In this document: piece after piece, positions 56,870-64,000 of the stretch
Layout: the number at the start of each line of letters is the position of its first letter
Position numbering within the stretch: position 1 is the stretch's first letter
Source: the human T2T-CHM13v2.0 reference genome, Homo sapiens
Length of the DNA stretch: 64,000 nt
Direction: 5' to 3' (one strand)
Assembly: GCF_009914755.1 (NCBI RefSeq)
Contig: NC_060927.1
Notes under the pieces: generated by a model
Seen by the model: the letters and a program-made list of their open reading frames with translations, nothing else
The model's database searches: none
Told to the model about the DNA's origin: nothing
Translations under genes and position numbers: made by a program

Positions 56870-57110
56870 ACACTTAGTACTTGTGATGTACTTACTCTAT
56901 GCCAGGCTATGTGTGAAATGCTTTGAGTATACCATTTAATTTATTCCTCCCCTAGACCTTAAAGATGGGTTCCATCATTATCTCCATTTACAGATGAGAA
57001 AACTGAGCCTAAGAGAGGTTAAGTAACTTCCTGAAGGTCATGAAACCAGTAAGTGGTAGGGCTAAGAAGTTTGACTCCACAGCCCCTGTTATCAGTACCC
57101 ACTATTATGT
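56870..57110 (-). mobile_element. MIR SINE
   Basis: 'catttacagatgagaaaactgagcctaagagaggttaagtaacttcctgaaggtca'. Confidence 0.8.
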
Positions 57111-58090
57111 CATCCTCAAAGCGCTTCTGTGGGACAGAAGGCAGGAAAGAAGAGTAAAAATCAACCAGGATGCTTGTTATTTGAAGAATAGCCAGCAGGA
57201 GACATCAACAGAGCAAAGGCTACAACCACCAACACAATACAGAAAGCTCATATTTTTACATTTCTTTTGAAAAATGACTAATCCTGATTATCTCAGTCTT
57301 TTATTTAATGGTGAATACTGCCAGTTTCAATGCAATAATATTTCAATTCAATAATAAACTACTAAGCATGAGGGACTAAAATCTAACTGAACATCTATTC
57401 AGTGTCTTCCTAGTTTATACTTCTTTGAGATGGATGAGAGCAGCCATCCCTGTATTCTTCCTCAGTGCTTGCATCAAGGGAGGGGACCCAGGATGCTCCC
57501 AAAATTACCAGGTTGCATTTGTCCACCACAAGGGAGAATTTACATAGTAATCTCTCCCCAAAATCCTTCCCTCTAGGAAAAAGTCTCCAAACTTCTCTTC
57601 CTAGAATCAGGAGGCCAGAATCCTGGAGCCAGGGCTAAGCATGGGAGAGCGGGAAAGGGATGAAGATGCCAAGGGAAATTAGATACAGTGAACCCTAGCC
57701 CAAAGGGGCTCCCAAAACATCAGTTCTGAATAGGTGGGAAGAGAGTCAAGAACCAAATCTAAAGTCAAGGGTCCCCAGTTTGGGTCAGGCAAACAGGGTA
57801 GGCCCAGTAGGAGGAAGACACTGGTGGCTAGAGAAGAGAGAATTTTTGTTGAGGTTGAGCCTATTGCCTCATTCATTCCTTCAACAAATTTGTACGAATA
57901 TCACTTTGTGCCACAACTCTAGGCCTTGGGGATACAGCAGTCAACAAGACAGGCATGGTTCCTGCCCTCATTGGGTTTATAGGCTGTTGATGGAAGGCAA
58001 TCCAATAGTAATAATAAAGGTAGAGGAACATACAACGATGAAACACTAAATCTTATAGAAATACTAGAGGGAGAGAATCATTAAGGGTGC

Positions 58091-58655
58091 TGTGTTAGGC
58101 AGCTTCGTAAATTGTTCCTAATACTCTCCACCTCCTGGTATGCATGCTCTTGTGTAATTCCCTCTACTTGATTGTGGCCTCGATCTAGCAACTTGCATCC
58201 ATTGAACAGAAAGTAGGAAGTTATTAAAAACCATGATTTCTGCCAGCTTACATCCTCTCTTTCTTGCTCTCTCTTGCTCAATCACTCTGAGGGAAGTCAG
58301 CTGTTGCACTGTAAACTGCCCTATGGAGAGGCTGAAGTGGCAAGGAACTAAGGAAGACCTCCAGGTAACAGCCCATGAGAAACTGATGCCCTCAGTCCAA
58401 TAGCCCACAAGGAACTGAATCCTTCCAACAACCGCATGGATGAGCTTAGAAGCAGATTCTTCCCCAGTCAAGCTTTCAGATGAGACTGCAGCCCCAGGTG
58501 GCACATTGATTGCAACTTGTGTGAAACCCTGAGCTAGAGGATGCAGCTAAGCTGTCCTCAGATTGCTGGCCCACAGAAACTGTGAGATAATAAATATTGT
58601 TGTTTAAAGTCAGTAAGTTTTGAGGGGATTTGTTATAAAGCAATAAACTAATACA
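58091..58655 (+). mobile_element. MLT1D-like MaLR LTR
   Basis: 'tgtgttaggcag...cccacagaaactgtgagataataaatattgttgttt...actaataca'. Confidence 0.85.
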
Positions 58656-58707
58656 GATTCCAATCCAGGTTGCCCAGAAAATATCTACCAAACTCTCTCA
58701 GACTTAC

Positions 58708-58844
58708 CCTGTTTCTCACAAGAGAAACAGATTATAGAGCATTTACTAACAAGGCCCAGAATCTCTGATAACATTGGTAACATTGAGATTGATGTTGCAA
58801 ATGAAAACCATCCCTCTCAATGGGTGAGGCTGAGCTGGCTCCAG
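58708..58844 (-). other. Candidate 137-nt non-coding exon
   Basis: Acceptor ttctttgtctcacag|C and near-consensus donor AGG|gtaagt; stops in all three frames. Confidence 0.4.
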
Positions 58845-58896
58845 CTGTGAGACAAAGAATCTTAATTGCTCCCAAAAAAAAAAAAAGAGGTGAGTT

Positions 58897-59227
<331 letters not shown>

Positions 59228-60151
59228 CTAAGAGTGGGGCAGATTAAGAGGAGTCTAGTAGAACCAGAACAGAGAAAAGTACAGTAATTAAAGAAGTCGC
59301 AATACATGGGAGGCTATTTCTAAAATATCATTTGGGAGGCAACAGATGAACTGACTTAGCCAGATTCGGTTTTTCAAGGGTAAGAAGCACATGTAATTAT
59401 AATGGTCCTTCAGTGCTCCCACAGTATCCTGATGCACCTCCCCCCATCACGATCCCTTAACATGCTTAACTCAATGAACTGTTTACTGTCCTGTTTCTCC
59501 GATTAGAGGCCCAATGTTAATATCAATTACCACTGTATCCTAGTGTCTAGTACAGTGCCTGCCACACAGTAAGAATTCAGTATATACTTGTCAAGTGAGT
59601 AAAATATACCAGTTTTGTGACAAAAAATATGCATAGGAAAAAGACCAGAAAGGAACACATGAAAACATAAACAATCTTCTACTAGATGGAAGAGTATGAT
59701 CCTTTTCCTTGATATACGTGTCTCCATTTTGTCTGCACATAGACTTGTCTGTGCAATGTCTATAATGCAGAGAAAGAAATGCCTGAGGATGCCATAAGAC
59801 AGATCTTTTGGGTCCTACAGAGTTTACTTTCATAATTTTATAATATTAAGATTGTTGCCATAAATTTCCAAACTCAAAGACATTTATAGTAGATTATCAT
59901 CTCACTTGTCAATTTGTCAACCTGAAAACTGAGTTCTTAAGCACCATGTAGAAACTTTCAAATATAAGTTAAGATATCAACACCTGCAGAGCAATATTAT
60001 GCATAAAGATGTAAAATTAATCATTTCACACATTAGGCCCCCCAAAAAAGATAACAAATGGGAGATCATATCGTATTAAAAATAACCATGTGAGATTCTT
60101 TGGATTGTGCGGTAGCACAGCTCTCACCAAACTTCAAAATACTCTGGAATT

Positions 60152-60302
60152 CGGGTGCAGTGATTCATACCTATACTCTCAGCTACTCGGGAAGCTGTGG
60201 CAGGAGAACCACTTGAGCCCAGTAGTTCCAATTCAGCCTAGGCAACATAGAGAAACCCTATCTCCAAAAAAAAAAACAAAAAACAAAAACAAAACAAAAA
60301 AA
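60152..60302 (+). mobile_element. FLAM-like Alu monomer
   Basis: Diverged monomer with A-rich tail. Confidence 0.7.
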
Positions 60303-60489
60303 GTATCGGAGCATCCAACCTAGCAAGCAATATTGCCCCAAAATGCAATCAATTAAGTGGAAGATTTTGCATGCATGTATGTGAATTTCACATTTTTATC
60401 CTGAGTCACCAGATCACAAAACCAGCAAGCTCAATCTTCTTGAAGGGAGCAGATCGCCCGCCCAGAAGCTCAATACCTTCCATTTGGGA

Positions 60490-60999
60490 ACCCAAAGGAC
60501 TATAAATCATGCTGCTATAAAGACACATGCACACGTATGTTTATTGCGGCATTATTCACAATAGCAAAGACTTGGAACCAACCCAAATGTCCAACAATGA
60601 TAGACTGGATTAAGAAAATGTGGCACATATACACCATGGAATACTATGCAGCCATAAAAAATGATGAGTTCATGTCTTTTGTAGGGACATGGATGAAATT
60701 GGAAATCATCATTCTCAGTAAACTATTGCAAGAATAAAAAACCAAACACTGCATATTCTCACTCATAGGTGGGAATTGAACAATGAGATCACATGGACAC
60801 AGGAAGGGGAATATCACACTCTGGGGACTGTTGTGGGGTGGGGGGAGGGGGGAGGGATAGCATCGGGAGATATACCTAATGCTAGATGACGAGTTGGTGG
60901 GTGCAGCGCACCAGCATGGCACATGTATACATATGTAACTAACCTGCACAATGTGCACATGTACCCTAAAACTTAAAGTATAATAAAAAAAAAAAAAAA
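60490..60999 (+). mobile_element. L1PA2-like 5'-truncated 3' end
   Basis: 'aatgagatcacatgg', 'gctagatgacgag' (GAG, not the L1HS-Ta ACA), 'actaacctgcacaatg', poly-A. Confidence 0.9.
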
Positions 61000-61297
61000 C
61001 AAAGGCAGCAATCTGAAACTGGTTCTCAAGATTGTGCTCTAGATTTATACAGATAGAAAACATTTTTTCCATATAATTCCAAGTTCCCAAAAGAGCCCAA
61101 AATCATTCATATGTCCCAAGTTTAGAATGTCACCAAATAAGCCAGATGAATTGAGTTCAGAGACAGGCTCCCATTCCTGCCTTGTCATGACTATACCAGC
61201 AGTGTGCCAGAAACAGTTAAGGGACACCTCCACTGCAACAGAGGCACTGTGATTTGGCAGATGTACCTCCATTCGAGAACCCTGGCCTCTTAAGTTA

Positions 61298-61650
61298 GCC
61301 CTGCACAGTCCAATGGAAGTGTAATGCAAGCCACATGTGCAATTTTATATTTTCTAGTAGCCACATTTTAAAAATATAAAAACAAATAGGTGAAATCCAT
61401 TTCAATAACGTATTTTATTTAACCCAATATACCAAAAACAGTGTTTTCGCAACATGTAATGAATATTAAAAATCACTGATACTTTACATTCTTTTTTGTT
61501 GTATTAAATCTTTTAAATCCCATGTGTATGTCATACTTAAAGCGGTCAATTCAGATAGCCCACAGTTCAAATACTCAATAGCTACAGGTGGCTACTGAGT
61601 ATTGAGTATACCATATTGGCTATTAAGTATACCATACTGGACAGTTCAGG
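61298..61650. mobile_element. MER33-like hAT MITE
   Basis: 'gtccaat...gcaagccacatgtg...ttttctagtagccacatttt...ttcaaatactcaatagctac'. Confidence 0.8.
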
Positions 61651-61804
61651 GTAAATGCACTTATCCTATCTGACTACTCAGGAGAGACCTTCTTGTGTTA
61701 TTACTTATGAAGATAGCTCATCTCTCATGAATTTAAGTCAAAGCCAACCATATAGAGATGAAAAAAAACCAAAATAACCTGGTGTAGCTTCTATTCACTG
61801 GTGA

Positions 61805-62045
61805 AATAATATATACTGAACACCTTCTCTGTGCCAGGCACTGAGCCAAGGGCTTTACATAGCTCACTCCATTTAATGCTCACAGCAACCCTAAGAGAAG
61901 GTACAACTGTAATCCCCATTTACTTATGATGAAACTGAGGCATAGAAAGTTAATTTCCCTAAGGTCACACTTCAAGCAGGTGGTGATGCTTGGATTTCAA
62001 CTCGAGCAGTCTGACTCTACACTGCACACTCTACCCACTGCACAT
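61805..62045 (-). mobile_element. MIR SINE
   Basis: 'catttaatgctcacagcaaccct...tgatgaaactgaggcatagaaagtt'. Confidence 0.8.
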
Positions 62046-62351
62046 ACTCAACAAGAGGGAGTAAAAGAAGGATATGAAATGCACGGTTAAGAAATCTTAG
62101 TCTGACATGAGTGTGCATATCAGAAAAGAATCAAGAAAGTATTTGAAAGCCTGCGACAGAAATCTAGGCTTGAGATACAGAGATAAATTCACCTACAAGG
62201 TAAGGAAGGGAAGGGAATGAAATATGTTCAACAGGAAAAATAGAATTAAGAACTAACTAAAATTTTGTGTCAACAACTGATGACGACAATGATGATGATG
62301 ATAAGAACTAACATATTTGGAGCCTTTGCTCTGGGTCACGCATTGTTCTAA

Positions 62352-62566
62352 AGTCAGTTTCTCAGCCTCAGCATTATGAACGTTAGGGCTGAGTAATGAT
62401 TGTAGGAGCTGTCCTGTGCATTGCAGGATGTTGAACAGCACCCCGGGCCCCCTCACTAAATATAAGGAACAGCACTCTACTCTCAATTAGCAAACAATCA
62501 AAAATGTCTCTGGCCATTGTCAAATATTCCCCTGGGAAGCAAAATTGCCCCCTGTTGAAAACCCTC
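62352..62566 (-). mobile_element. MER20 inside a MIR
   Basis: 'tttctcagcctcagcattatgaac...gtcctgtgcattgcaggatgtt...caaaattgccccctgttgaaaacc'. Confidence 0.85.
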
Positions 62567-63707
62567 AATCTGAGTGTTTCATATACATTATCTCACTTAT
62601 TCTTGACAGCAGACGTCTGGGGAGACATGATTGCTTTATAGATCAGAAAACTGAAGGTGTGGTTGGGCAGCTGACCTGAGGTCCTGTCGCTAATAAGTGA
62701 AAGAGCTAGACAAATCCAAATTTGTCTGATTCTAAAGTATATTTTTACTGCTAGCCCCCAGTACAAGTTCTCGTCTCATCTCCAATTCATACAGGGATTT
62801 GTGTGCTTTCCCACTCCCTGGGCTGATGCTAGAGATGAACAGAAACAAAACACTGCTGGACACTCCTCACCGAGAAGTTCTCCTGCCACAATCACCTTTT
62901 GTGTCTCCTTTCCACCTTGTGTCTCTTCGCTCTATTTGGACCCACGTTTTCTTGGCTAATAGCCTTTCAGGAAATAGGCATGGTATGAATGAACAGATAA
63001 ATCTTTAAAGCCTGAATACATACTTATGGAGAACGAGTCCTCAAACTCAATACAAACATCCAACCAACTGCAATTAAAAGCCACAAATATGTTTTTATAA
63101 GAAAATTAAGCTATCACCATATCATCTTTGATATAAAGTGAGATATGACTAAAAATGGAGGTAAAGTTCAAATTGCTACAAGTTGTAAATTTGTTCTTGA
63201 AATATCAAACACATGGGAAACAGAAGCTAATTATTTTGTCCTATTTTTGTATGTGAAAATTACTTATAATCTGCCTGTTAAACAATTCAAAATTATTTTA
63301 AATGATAATTGACCATCAAACTAGGCCAATTTACACCTACAATCCCTCTGAAATTGCCTAGAAACTGGGACAACTGCAGAAGAAAAGAAAAACACTTCCA
63401 TTTGCGTCAATGTCTTTGTTTTTCATCCATCAGTCTCCAAGGCTGCAAAATCAGAAAAGCTTAAGCACAACTGATTAATAAGGAAGCACTTTAGGACTTT
63501 GCATTATTTGATTATGCCAAGAAAAACCTTATAATTCTCATAAATTCATTATTCCGATATTGGTCATGAGGAAGTCTACTTTTTAAAGAAAAAAATGGGG
63601 AATTTCTTCTTATAACTTCATTGTCAATATTTTTAAAGTATTATATGATTTGTTTAATGCCTTTAAGCCCATCCCAATGAAGGAAAAGGGCATTTGTTTT
63701 CGTATTA

Positions 63708-63949
63708 CAATCATTCCTGGGTATACTTAGGGGATTGGTTCCAAGACCCCCTATGCATAACAAAATTCACGCACACTCAGGTCCTGCAGTGAGCTGTATA
63801 GAATCTGCACGTACAAAAAGTTAACCCTCCGTATTGGCAGGTTTTGCATCCTGTGAATACTGTATTCTCAATCTGCATTCAGCTGAAAAAAAAATCCACG
63901 TGTAAGTGGATCCTCACAGTTCAAACCCATGTAGTTCAAGGGTCAGTTG
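63708..63949. mobile_element. MER8 (Tigger-derived MITE)
   Basis: 'ggattggttccaagaccccc...cagttcaaacccatgtagttcaagggtcagttg'; TA on both sides. Confidence 0.85.
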
Positions 63950-64000
63950 TAATTTACTTTTAAAAAAAAATATGTTAGCCAGTTGCAGAGAATAGATTCA

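Noticed and set aside
58488-58504. CTCF-like gccccaggtggcac in MLT1D
   Set aside because: Two mismatches in the 5' core; likely chance.

Overview
Primate, very likely hominid or human, non-coding genomic DNA. It contains about 20 Alu/FLAM elements (J, S and Y types), a young L1PA2-like 3' end, older L1M pieces, many MIR and L2 relics, MaLR/ERVL/ERV1 solo LTRs and MER DNA transposons. A degraded two-LTR class I ERV provirus lies at 48351-53963, with gag, integrase and env remnants. No intact protein-coding gene is supportable: the listed ORFs are repeat-derived or chance. Every L1 piece I recognised lies on +, as does the provirus, which suggests an intron of a minus-strand gene. Three candidate short minus-strand exons fit that picture (58844-58708, 33899-33852, 22885-22796). 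The most notable structures are a probable L1 3' transduction inside ERV gag, two local templated duplications about 1.4 kb from their partners, and several snap-back junction hairpins. I see no supportable new biological system. Repeat family names are from memory of consensus sequences and need RepeatMasker/Dfam confirmation.
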